From assembly GCA_013388735.1 (NCBI GenBank), contig JACAES010000062.1:5525-69524 (forward strand): a stretch of 64,000 nucleotides of DNA. The letters run 5' to 3'. Of this stretch, positions 46,750-55,838 are shown piece after piece. Each line of letters begins with the position of its first letter. Position 1 is the stretch's first letter. Below the pieces are notes generated by a model. That model was given only the letters and a program-made list of their open reading frames with translations, had not been told where the DNA came from and did no database searches. The position numbers and the translations under genes are program-made. This stretch comes from Chloroflexota bacterium. GTDB lineage: Bacteria; Chloroflexota; Anaerolineae; Aggregatilineales; Phototrophicaceae.

Positions 46750-48306
46750 ATGGGCGCAACTCTTGAACTTGAAGGCATCAACAAGCAGTTCCCCGGCGTG
46801 AAGGCACTCGACAACGTGCGCTTTGATATGGCGGCGGGTGAAGTCCACGCCCTGCTGGGCGAAAACGGCGCGGGTAAATCCACGCTGATTAAAATCATCT
46901 CCGGCGTTTACAGACCGGACGGCGGCACGATCCGGTTGGACGGCGAAACGGTGCTGTTCAACACCCCGCGCGAGGCACAGCAGCGCGGCATTGCCACCAT
47001 CTACCAGGAACTCAGCCTGTACCCGGAACTGACGGTGGCGGAAAACATCTTCATGGGACACGCCCCACGCCGCAAGGTCGGGCCGGTGGACGTGCTGGAC
47101 TGGAAAGCCGCCAATACCAAAGCCCAGGAAATCCTGACCTCGCTGCATATCCACACCCTGGATGTGCGGCGCAAGGTAGGCACCCTGACGGTCGGCAACC
47201 GGCAGCGCGTGGAGATCGCCAAGGCGCTGTCGCTGAATGCGCGCATCCTCATCATGGACGAACCGACTGCCGCCCTGACCGAGGCCGACGTGGAGCAGTT
47301 GTTCAGCATTGTGCGGCTGCTGCGGGAGCGCGGCGTGGGCATCATCTACATCAGCCACCGTTTGCACGAAGTTTTTGAACTGGCCGACCGCGTGACCGTG
47401 CTGCGCGACGGGCAGTATGTCGGCACCAAGCTGGTCAGCGAAACCAGCGAAAACGACCTGGTAAGCATGATGGTCGGGCGCACGATTGACAACCTGTTCC
47501 CCAAGCTGGATACCGAAATCGGCAAACCGGTGCTGGAAGTCCGCAACCTGTACCGCCGACCGATGACACGCGGCGTCAGCTTCCAGCTTCGCGCCGGGGA
47601 AATCGTCGGCCTGGCCGGGCTGGTCGGCGCCGGCCGCAGCGAAGTGGCACAGGTGATCTTCGGCATCAACCCGGCGGAAAGCGGCGAAATCCTGATTGAC
47701 GGCCAGCCGGTGACGATCAAACACCCCGGCCAGGCCATGAATCACGGCATCGCCTACGTGCCGGAAGATCGCGGCACACAGGGATTGGTGCGGCAGATGC
47801 GCATCCGCGAGAACGTTTCGATGTCGGTGCTGCGGGCCATCCGCGCCGGCATATTCATCAACCGGCGCGAGGAGCGCAGCCTGGCGACCGGCATGATTAA
47901 ACAGCTTAACATCCGCGCCTACAGCGCCGAGCAGGTGGTCAACAAACTCTCCGGCGGCAACCAGCAGAAGGTCGTGGTCGGCAAATGGCTGGCGAGCAAA
48001 CCGCGCATCCTGATTATGGACGAGCCGACGCGCGGCATTGACGTGGGCGCAAAAGCAGAGATTCACCGCCTGATGAGCGAACTGGCAAAGGAAGGGCTGG
48101 CGGTGCTGATGATTTCCAGCGAACTGCCGGAAATCCTGGGCATGAGCGACCGCATCCTGGTGATGCGCGGCGGGCAGGTGGTGGCGGAATATTCGCGCGC
48201 GGAAGCCACCCAGGAACGCATCGCCGCCGCCATGATGAGTGAAACCGCCGGAAATGGCGCGCCGGAGTCGGAAACCGTAATGATAGATGAAAGCGAAACA
48301 GCATGA
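46750..48306 (+). CDS. sugar ABC transporter ATP-binding protein (RhaT-like)
   Basis: GENGAGKSTL, two NBDs, LSGGNQQK and DEPTRGIDVGAK. Confidence 0.93.
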   Translation: MGATLELEGINKQFPGVKALDNVRFDMAAGEVHALLGENGAGKSTLIKIISGVYRPDGGTIRLDGETVLFNTPREAQQRGIATIYQELSLYPELTVAENIFMGHAPRRKVGPVDVLDWKAANTKAQEILTSLHIHTLDVRRKVGTLTVGNRQRVEIAKALSLNARILIMDEPTAALTEADVEQLFSIVRLLRERGVGIIYISHRLHEVFELADRVTVLRDGQYVGTKLVSETSENDLVSMMVGRTIDNLFPKLDTEIGKPVLEVRNLYRRPMTRGVSFQLRAGEIVGLAGLVGAGRSEVAQVIFGINPAESGEILIDGQPVTIKHPGQAMNHGIAYVPEDRGTQGLVRQMRIRENVSMSVLRAIRAGIFINRREERSLATGMIKQLNIRAYSAEQVVNKLSGGNQQKVVVGKWLASKPRILIMDEPTRGIDVGAKAEIHRLMSELAKEGLAVLMISSELPEILGMSDRILVMRGGQVVAEYSRAEATQERIAAAMMSETAGNGAPESETVMIDESETA

Positions 48307-49310
48307 CAGCAACAACCGTTTCAGCCGCCCGGCAGTCCTCCCCAGGCTGGCTCAAAAACCTTCGGACGCTGGTCAGCGGGCAGGAAGGCGCGCTGACGCT
48401 GAGCCTGGTGCTGCTGGTGATCGTGGTCGGCACGGCCAACCCACGCTTCCTGGCCCAGCAGAACATCTCCGATATTCTGCTCAACAGTTCGTATATCGCC
48501 GTCGCCGCCATCGGCATGAGCGCGGTCATCATCTCCGGCAACATTGATATTTCGGTCGGCGCGATGATCGGCGTGCTGGCGACCATCAGCGGGCAGCTTT
48601 CCATCGTGCCGGGGATGCCGATATGGATTTCGTGGCTCGTGCCGCTGATCGTCGGCCCGCTGATCGGCGCAGTGACGGGTTTTCTGGTGGCGTATTTGCG
48701 CATCCCCTCTATCGTGGTTTCGCTGGGTATGATGAGCATCCTCAAGGGCGGCCTGATTCTGGCGACCGGCGGGGTGTGGATTTACAACATGCCGCCGGAA
48801 TATAAGCTGGCGCAGCAAAGTTTCCTCGGCCTGCCCGTGCCGGTCTATTTTATGCTCGTACTGACCATCCTGGCGGCGCTGTGGATGCGTTATTCCCCCT
48901 CCGGGCGCGCCATTTACGCCGTCGGCGGCAACAAAGAGGCCGCCCTGCTCTCCGGCATTTCGTCGCGCACAGTGCTGATGCGGGTGTTTATGTTCAACGG
49001 CCTGATGGTCGGCATCTCCAGCGTGCTGTTTGCCACCCAGTTCAGTTCGATTCAATCCACCGTTCCAAACGGGCTGGAACTGACCATCATCACGTCGGCG
49101 GTTGTCGGGGGTGTTAGCATCCTGGGCGGCACGGGTACGGTCATCGGCGCAACGCTGGCGACCATCCTGCTGCGGGCCATCGGCAACGGCATGATTTTTA
49201 TTAACGTTTCGGCCTACTGGCTGCAAGCGGTACAAGGCACGCTCATCCTGGTGACGGTGCTGATTGACCTGCTGCGCCGGCGCCGCCAGGCCGCGCAAAT
49301 TCGAGGGTAA
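48303..49310 (+). CDS. sugar ABC transporter permease (RhaP-like)
   Basis: IDISVG, IPSIVVSLG, GRAIYAVGGN and ELTIITSAVVGGVSILGG. Confidence 0.92.
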   Translation: MTATTVSAARQSSPGWLKNLRTLVSGQEGALTLSLVLLVIVVGTANPRFLAQQNISDILLNSSYIAVAAIGMSAVIISGNIDISVGAMIGVLATISGQLSIVPGMPIWISWLVPLIVGPLIGAVTGFLVAYLRIPSIVVSLGMMSILKGGLILATGGVWIYNMPPEYKLAQQSFLGLPVPVYFMLVLTILAALWMRYSPSGRAIYAVGGNKEAALLSGISSRTVLMRVFMFNGLMVGISSVLFATQFSSIQSTVPNGLELTIITSAVVGGVSILGGTGTVIGATLATILLRAIGNGMIFINVSAYWLQAVQGTLILVTVLIDLLRRRRQAAQIRG

Positions 49311-49315
49311 ACATC

Positions 49316-50320
49316 ATGGCAGTCACCGAAAGATCATCGCAACTGACCAAACAGTCCAACCCCATCGTCAGCCGTTTGCGGGCCGTTGTGTTGAGTAAAG
49401 AAGGCATCCTGTTTCTGATTATGATTGCGGCGATGTTTATTCTGTCGCTGCTGACCGACAAGTTCCTGACCACCAACAACCTGCTCAACCAGCTTCGTCT
49501 GGTGACGGAAATCGGGCTGATGGCGCTGCCGATGACCTTTATCATCATCACCGGCGGCATTGACCTGTCGGTCGGCTCGATCTTCGGCCTCAGCGCCATC
49601 GTCATGGGCTTCCTCTGGCAGGATTCCGGCTGGCCGCTGGAGCTTGCCATCATCATGTGTATAGTGGTAGGGACGATAGCCGGATTCATAAACGGCCTGT
49701 TTATCGTCCGGGTGGGCGTGCCGCCGCTCATCATGACGCTGGCGACACTGGCGCTGTACCGGGGCATGGCGCTGGGCGTCAGCGAGGCGCGTTCCGCGCG
49801 CGGTTTCCCGGACTGGTTTTTTGACCTGGGGCAACGGCAGTTCCTCGGCATCCCATCGCAGCTATGGATTTTGCTGATCGCGGCCATCATGGTCGGCATC
49901 ATACTGGCGCGGACGCCCTTCGGGCGCGGCATCTATGCCATGGGCAACAACGAACTGGCTGCGCGTTTTTCCGGCATTCCGGTCAGGCTGTACAAACTCG
50001 TCATTTATACCTTTTCGGGTTTTATGGCCGGGCTGGCGGGTTATATCTTCACCTCGCGCATCAGCACCACGCGCGCGGACATGGGTACAGGGCTGGAACT
50101 GGACGTGATCGCCGCCGTCGTGCTGGGAGGAACGAGCATCAACGGCGGCAGCGGCAGCATCGTCGGCACGATGATCGGCCTGATCCTGATTCAACTTCTC
50201 AAAAACGGGCTGCTGTTGGGCGGGGTCAAGGGCGACGCGACCATCGTCATCATCGGCGCGATTCTGATTCTGGCGATCCTCATCAACAACCTGGTGCAGC
50301 GCCGCACCGGCGGGGACTAA
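49316..50320 (+). CDS. sugar ABC transporter permease (RhaQ-like)
   Basis: GGIDLSVGS, VPPLIMTL, GRGIYAMGNN and ELDVIAAVVLGG. Confidence 0.92.
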   Translation: MAVTERSSQLTKQSNPIVSRLRAVVLSKEGILFLIMIAAMFILSLLTDKFLTTNNLLNQLRLVTEIGLMALPMTFIIITGGIDLSVGSIFGLSAIVMGFLWQDSGWPLELAIIMCIVVGTIAGFINGLFIVRVGVPPLIMTLATLALYRGMALGVSEARSARGFPDWFFDLGQRQFLGIPSQLWILLIAAIMVGIILARTPFGRGIYAMGNNELAARFSGIPVRLYKLVIYTFSGFMAGLAGYIFTSRISTTRADMGTGLELDVIAAVVLGGTSINGGSGSIVGTMIGLILIQLLKNGLLLGGVKGDATIVIIGAILILAILINNLVQRRTGGD

Positions 50321-50466
50321 GGCGGCGGCAGACAGGGGCGCAGACGCCACGCCTGCTTGCCAAAACCTGGGAAATGAGGTAAGCTAAGTACTGACTTTTG
50401 GAAATAGCATGGTAATTTTTCCATGTTATTCTACTTAGTGTATCAAAAAGTTAAGGAGGATTCCGT

Positions 50467-51672
50467 ATGTCTAAGAAAGTGTTTGCAGCCGTTTTAATGG
50501 TCGCCCTGGTGCTGTCGGTGGCGCTCGTGCCTGCCGTCGCGCAGGATGAGGAGCGGTGGGTCGGCGCGGATGACCTGCCGGTTTCGCCGCTGGAATGTCC
50601 TGAGGACGCTCCTGGCGCGGCGATGACGGAAGAACCGATGGAAGAGCCGGAAATGGCGGCGCTGGAATACAACGGCGGTCAACCCGTTAATGCGCCCGAC
50701 CTGGCCGGCCAGGAAATCGTCCTGGTGGATGTGCCGAAGCTGATCGGCATCGGTTACTTCAACGCCACGTCGCTGGGTATGCAGCAGGCTGCCGAAGAAC
50801 TGGGCAATGTCAAGGTGACGACCGACGGCCCGACCCAGGGTGACATCGTGCAGCAGGTGGCCTTCATCGAGCAGTACATCACTCAGGGCGTGAACGGCAT
50901 TCTGTTCGCCGCCAACGACCCGGTGGGCATTTCGCCCGTGCTGCGCCGCGCGCTGGAATCCGGCATTCACGTGGTTGGTTATGATGCCAACAGCGAGCCG
51001 GACGCCCGCGAGTGGTTCGTGAACCAGGCCGAGTTTAACGGCATCGCCAAAGCCAAGATTGACAGCATGGTGGCGGAAATCGGGCCGGAAGGTTCGTTCG
51101 CCATCGTCACCAGCTCCTTCACCGCCCCCAACCAGTCGCGCTGGATTTCGGAAATGTGGGCCTACGCCCAGAAATGCTACCCCGATCTGAAGTGGCTGGA
51201 GACGGTTGAGTCGGCTGAAGATCAGAACCTGGCCTTCCAGCAGACCCAGACGCTGCTGAACAAATACGGCCCCGACATGGACGGCGTCTTCGGTATGTCG
51301 AGTGTGGCGTTCCCCGGCGCGGCTGACGCAGTAGCGCAGGCCGGCCTGTGTTCGCCCGATGACGCCGCCGCCGATGTGGCCGCGCCCGATGAAGAATCGG
51401 CTGTCGCCATCGTCGGCCTCAGCACCCCCAACCAGATGCGCCCGTTTGTCGAGAACGGCTGCGTCGAGTCGGTCGTGCTGTGGAACCCGGTTGACCTGGG
51501 TTATGCCGCCGTGTACGTGATGCGCGCGGTCGTGGACGGCACGCTGACGCCCGAATCGACCGAGGTCGAGGCGGGACGTCTGGGTACGCTGCAAGTTGTC
51601 AACGGCAGCGAAATCCTGCTTGGGCCGCCCTTCGTCTATACGCAGGATAACATCGCAGACTTCGACTTTTAG
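50467..51672 (+). CDS. sugar ABC transporter substrate-binding protein (RhaS/LsrB family)
   Basis: signal peptide; PKLIGIGYF, DGPT, NQSRW, VGLSTPNQMRPFV and LWNP. Confidence 0.9.
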   Translation: MSKKVFAAVLMVALVLSVALVPAVAQDEERWVGADDLPVSPLECPEDAPGAAMTEEPMEEPEMAALEYNGGQPVNAPDLAGQEIVLVDVPKLIGIGYFNATSLGMQQAAEELGNVKVTTDGPTQGDIVQQVAFIEQYITQGVNGILFAANDPVGISPVLRRALESGIHVVGYDANSEPDAREWFVNQAEFNGIAKAKIDSMVAEIGPEGSFAIVTSSFTAPNQSRWISEMWAYAQKCYPDLKWLETVESAEDQNLAFQQTQTLLNKYGPDMDGVFGMSSVAFPGAADAVAQAGLCSPDDAAADVAAPDEESAVAIVGLSTPNQMRPFVENGCVESVVLWNPVDLGYAAVYVMRAVVDGTLTPESTEVEAGRLGTLQVVNGSEILLGPPFVYTQDNIADFDF

Positions 51673-51688
51673 TTCTAAGCCAGATATT

Positions 51689-51712
51689 GGGGGCGTGGTT
51701 CGCCGCGCCCCC
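51689..51712 (+). other. 10-bp GC hairpin without U-tract (mRNA stabiliser candidate)
   Basis: GGGGGCGTGG-TTCG-CCGCGCCCCC immediately after the SBP stop. Confidence 0.6.
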
Positions 51713-51767
51713 AGGCTGCTCCCCCCAGCAAAACTTGATGCATGAACATAAGCAAGAAAGCAGCACT

Positions 51768-52526
51768 ATGAGCGAAGCACCTACCCCACTGGTTGAACTC
51801 ACCCGCACCCTCGGCCAGCCACACCTCGATTATGTGATTATCGGCGAGGGCAACACCTCCTGCCGCGCCGACGATGAGTCGTTCTGGGTCAAAGCCAGCG
51901 GCCAGCAGATGCACAACATCTCGCCGGCTGGATTCGTGCAGGTGCGCTTCGATCCCATCCTCGCCATGCTGGATAAATCGCCCGGCGACCTGGCCGCGCA
52001 GAAAGCCGTCATGCAGGCAGCCAAAGTAGACCCGTCCGTGACCTTGCAGCCCTCGGTGGAAGTGAGCTTCCATGCCATGCTGCTGCGCGAGTGCGGCGTC
52101 TCGTACATCGGCCACACCCATGCGATGGCCGTCAACCGGATTATGTGCAGCCCGCGCGCGGCAGACTTTGCCAGCAAGCGTATGTTCCCCGATGAAGCCG
52201 TATTATGCGGCCCGGAATCGGTCTTTCTGCCCTATGTAGACCCCGGCCTGCCGCTGGCAGTGGCGATGCGCCAGCAGGTGCGCGCCTATCTGGACACATG
52301 GGGCGACGCGCCAAAGGTCATCCTGATGGCGAATCATGGGGTGATCGCCCTGGGGCAGACGCCCACCGAAGTTCTGAACGTCATGGCGATGTGCGTCAAA
52401 GCCGCGCACATCTTCATCGGCGCGTGTGTCGCCGGCGGGCCGGTCTTCATGGAGCCGTCCGAAGTGCTGCACATCTGCCGCAGACCGGACGAAATCTACC
52501 GGCGGCAGCAGTTCGTCGCGCGTTAA
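51768..52526 (+). CDS. class II aldolase, candidate L-rhamnulose-1-phosphate aldolase
   Basis: GEGNTS, VKASG, PSVEVSFH, GHTH and NHG all intact; last gene of the rha operon. Confidence 0.82.
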   Translation: MSEAPTPLVELTRTLGQPHLDYVIIGEGNTSCRADDESFWVKASGQQMHNISPAGFVQVRFDPILAMLDKSPGDLAAQKAVMQAAKVDPSVTLQPSVEVSFHAMLLRECGVSYIGHTHAMAVNRIMCSPRAADFASKRMFPDEAVLCGPESVFLPYVDPGLPLAVAMRQQVRAYLDTWGDAPKVILMANHGVIALGQTPTEVLNVMAMCVKAAHIFIGACVAGGPVFMEPSEVLHICRRPDEIYRRQQFVAR

Positions 52527-52643
52527 ACTGGTCTTATTCCCCCCTTGACCGCCGCACACGGTTGGAACAAGATAAGTTTCAGGTATCCGTTTCTGGCTGC
52601 CGGTGGCTTCGATTATCTTGCAGGTATGGGTAACGAAACGATC

Positions 52644-53222
52644 ATGAAAATCGGCGTGCTGGCGCTGCAAGGCGCATTCATCGAACATCTTAAAACGCTG
52701 CGGACACTGGGCGTCCAGGCCGCAGAAGTCCGCCTGCCGGACGACCTAGAAGGGCTGGACGGCCTCATCATCCCCGGCGGGGAAAGCACCACCATCGGCA
52801 AGCTGGCGGTGGAATACGGGCTGATCGAACCGCTGCGCCGTTTTGCCCGGCAAAACCCCACCTGGGGAACCTGCGCCGGGATGATCTTCCTGGCGAAAGA
52901 CATCGGCCACGACCGGCAGCCGATCCTGGGATTGATGGACATCACCGTCAGCCGCAACGCCTTCGGGCGGCAGATAGACAGCTTTGAAGTAGACCTGCCG
53001 ATTGCCGTCCTGGGCGACGCCCCCTTCCATGCCGTCTTCATCCGCGCCCCGGTAGTGACGGCGGTGCGCGGCAGCGCGCAGGTTCTGGCGCGTCTGGAAG
53101 ACGGGCAGATCGTGGCCGTACAGGAAGGCCACTGGCTGGCGACCGCTTTCCATCCAGAGCTGACCGCTGACAGCCGGCTGCACCAGTTTTTCATCCGTCT
53201 GGTCGGCGAAAAAGGCGCGTAA
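52644..53222 (+). CDS. pdxT: pyridoxal 5'-phosphate synthase glutaminase subunit
   Basis: IGVLALQG, IPGGESTT, GTCAG, RNAFGRQ, VFIRAP and FHPEL. Confidence 0.95.
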   Translation: MKIGVLALQGAFIEHLKTLRTLGVQAAEVRLPDDLEGLDGLIIPGGESTTIGKLAVEYGLIEPLRRFARQNPTWGTCAGMIFLAKDIGHDRQPILGLMDITVSRNAFGRQIDSFEVDLPIAVLGDAPFHAVFIRAPVVTAVRGSAQVLARLEDGQIVAVQEGHWLATAFHPELTADSRLHQFFIRLVGEKGA

Positions 53223-53313
53223 AAAGCCTTGATTTTGCCGTTCACAATTGCCGATAACGTGCTACAATACGCCCGCATTAATGGATAATGGCCCAGCATG
53301 TGGCGAGGTACGC

Positions 53314-53604
53314 ATGAGCATTTATGATGCGTTGATGTTGAGTCAAAACGGCAGTCCCTACGAAGACGAAGACCTGGAAGCCGACGAAGACCTGGACTTC
53401 GAGGACGAAGAACTGGAAGAAGTCGAGTTCGAGGACGAAGAGATTCTCGAAGAAGAAGAAATCGAAGAAGATGACGATTTCCTCGACGACGACGGCTACG
53501 ACATCTCCGAATTCGAGGACGACGACTACCTGTATGACGACGACGACGATCTGCTTGACGACGAGGAAGACGAAGACTTCTACGAAGACGAGGAAGATTA
53601 TTAG
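53314..53604 (+). CDS. small hyper-acidic, probably disordered protein
   Basis: GAGGT RBS; extended -10 TGcTACAAT at 53262-53270; 56 of 96 residues are D/E by my count, no K/R/H. Confidence 0.8.
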   Translation: MSIYDALMLSQNGSPYEDEDLEADEDLDFEDEELEEVEFEDEEILEEEEIEEDDDFLDDDGYDISEFEDDDYLYDDDDDLLDDEEDEDFYEDEEDY

Positions 53605-53733
53605 GCCGCGATAGGCCGCTGGCAAAACAGCACGCTGTTGCTGCGGTCGCCGTCCAGGGGCGAAGGGTCATCCTCTTCGGCGACCATTTTTGATTCTGCG
53701 CTTCAAATGGGCTGCTTCCCGGCTTATTTTCAT

Positions 53734-53771
53734 TTAGGTATTTGTTAGTTAGCCCCTCTAGATTATACAAT
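53734..53771 (+). promoter_or_regulatory. direct repeat TTAGG-N6-TTAGT over the -35 position, plus -10 TACAAT, for the EPS operon
   Basis: repeats at 53734-53738 and 53745-53749; TACAAT at 53766-53771. Confidence 0.5.
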
Positions 53772-53810
53772 AGACTCATCGTCGGCTGCGTTTAGCGAGG
53801 TATCGGCGTT

Positions 53811-55817
53811 GTGAAGCAAGCATCTTCCCCTGTGACTGCGGTCTTCAGGCTACTGCTTAAGTGGTGGTGGCTGATCGCGCTATCGGTCGCACTCGGCGCC
53901 GGCGTCGGGTTCTTCATCCGTACTCAGCAGCCGAATATCTATTTTGCCAAAACCACCATTCTCTTCGGCCAGAACCTCGGCAGCGCCACAACGGCTACCG
54001 GGGGATCGCTGACACAGCTTACCGACATGATTACCATTTACTCCGGCCTTGTGCGGCGGCCTACCATCCTGGAGCCGGTGATTGATGACCTGGGGCTGGG
54101 CGTCAGCGTGGACACCCTGAACGGCATCATGGCCGTCAACCAGGTAGAAGACCTGCCGCTGCTGGAAATCGTGGTCGCGGATACCCGCCCCGACCGCGCC
54201 GCCGACATCGCTAACCGGGTGGCGCAGGAACTTATCAACCAGAGTCCCACCGAACAGATTTCCCAGGAGACCGAGTTCAAGCGCGAGCAGCTCCGCAGTC
54301 TGCAATCGCAGATCGAAGAACTGCAAAACGCCTACGACGCCAACATCGCTAACGGGGCAAACCTCACCTCCGCATTTGCCATCGCCCAGAATTTACAGGA
54401 GCGCGCCGGCATCCTGGAGAACCTGCAAGGGCTGCGAAGTCTGTACGCCGAAATGAGCGCCGGGCTGGCCGACCAGACCAATCTGATGCGCATCTTTGAA
54501 TTCGCCGATCCCGAAACCGCGCCCCTGGTCACCAGTTCGATCATTGGGGTGGTGCTGGCCGGGGCTGCCGGCCTGCTGCTGTCAGTAGCGACCATCGTCA
54601 TGATCGCGTATTTCGACGACCGACTGCTGTGGCAGGAAGGCATGGAAACCATCCAGGGCGTCAGGGTGCTGGGGCCGCTGGGGGTTGTTCCGCGCAGCAA
54701 ACTGCCGCTGTACGTGGTGACGATGCCGGATGCTATCGAAAGCGAAGTGCTGCGGCAGCTGCGCGCCAAGCTGGTGCTGGCCGCCGGCGGCGATGTGCCG
54801 AAAATGGTCACAGTCACCAGCTACGACTCCGGCGACGGCAAAACCATCACGTCTTCCAACCTGGCGCTGGTGTTCGCCCATGCCGGTCTGCGGACGCTGT
54901 TGGTGGATGGCGACATTCGCAAGGGCGACCTGCACGAACTGTTCCGCCTGCCCAACGTGATGGGGCTTTCCGACATCCTTGCCAGCCGCGAAGAGATCGG
55001 CGTACTGGCTTCGCGGGCGCTGCTTGACAGCGGTTATGACCACCTGACCATCCTCACATCGGGGCGTTCCAACGCCGACCCGGCGGCGCTTTTAAGCTCC
55101 ACGCGTTTTACCCGGCTGATCACGCGGCTAAAAACCCAGTTCGATGTCATCGTCATGGATTCCGTGCCGACTATCGGCGGGCCGGATTCGGCCTTTATGG
55201 CGGAAATCAGCGATGGCGTGCTGATTATCGTGGACTCGCGCCGCACGACCGAAAAAGCCCTCAAGCGCACCTTGCAGGCGCTCCAGCAGGCGCGCCGGGC
55301 GAACATCTTCGGCGTGGCCTTCAACCGGGTACATTTGCAGGCGACGGCTTCCCACAACCAGCCCTACTACCGGCGCACACTGTCGTTAAGCCCGGAACGG
55401 CTGAACCGCGAATTGGTCAGCGCCAGCAAACGCCGGTTTGGTCTCAATCGCCATATCATCACCGATAAACAGGGCGAGCGCATGTATTCCTTGAAGGCGT
55501 GCGCCATTCACCTGGGTATCACGGTCGAAACCGTCCAGAACTGGGTCAAAACCGGCTACCTGAATACGGTGCGCGTGGGACGCCGCCGCTGGGTGCGGGA
55601 AAGCGAAATTCAACTGCTGCTGGAACGCCTGCCGCGCAACCCGGTCAGCCTGGACGGCCAGGACGATCACCTGCCGGAAGTCAACGGCCTGAAGGCTTCT
55701 CCTGAACCGTCGCTGCCGGCCCTCCTGCGGGACCAGCGGGACGCGCTGCTGGACTACATGCGCGACCCGCAGCCGCTCGAAAAAGCCGACGACGAACCCG
55801 ATACCCCGGCCAGTTAG
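53811..55817 (+). CDS. Wzc-type polysaccharide co-polymerase / BY-kinase with C-terminal excisionase-like HTH
   Basis: two TMs flanking a coiled-coil loop; Walker A GDGKT, A' VDGD, B VIVMD; HTH YSLKACAIHLGITVETVQNWVKTGYL..VRVGRRRWV. Confidence 0.85.
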   Translation: MKQASSPVTAVFRLLLKWWWLIALSVALGAGVGFFIRTQQPNIYFAKTTILFGQNLGSATTATGGSLTQLTDMITIYSGLVRRPTILEPVIDDLGLGVSVDTLNGIMAVNQVEDLPLLEIVVADTRPDRAADIANRVAQELINQSPTEQISQETEFKREQLRSLQSQIEELQNAYDANIANGANLTSAFAIAQNLQERAGILENLQGLRSLYAEMSAGLADQTNLMRIFEFADPETAPLVTSSIIGVVLAGAAGLLLSVATIVMIAYFDDRLLWQEGMETIQGVRVLGPLGVVPRSKLPLYVVTMPDAIESEVLRQLRAKLVLAAGGDVPKMVTVTSYDSGDGKTITSSNLALVFAHAGLRTLLVDGDIRKGDLHELFRLPNVMGLSDILASREEIGVLASRALLDSGYDHLTILTSGRSNADPAALLSSTRFTRLITRLKTQFDVIVMDSVPTIGGPDSAFMAEISDGVLIIVDSRRTTEKALKRTLQALQQARRANIFGVAFNRVHLQATASHNQPYYRRTLSLSPERLNRELVSASKRRFGLNRHIITDKQGERMYSLKACAIHLGITVETVQNWVKTGYLNTVRVGRRRWVRESEIQLLLERLPRNPVSLDGQDDHLPEVNGLKASPEPSLPALLRDQRDALLDYMRDPQPLEKADDEPDTPAS

Positions 55818-55838
55818 TCAGGATTTGAGACGCTAACC

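Noticed and set aside
46750-51672. AI-2 (Lsr) quorum-sensing transporter
   Set aside because: The SBP resembles the LsrB/RhaS family, but the context (rhaI, rhaB, RhaEW) points to rhamnose, and no lsrK/lsrF/lsrG are present.
52644-53222. pdxT without adjacent pdxS; likewise carA without carB and rha genes without rhaM
   Set aside because: Split operons are common and the partners may lie outside the window.
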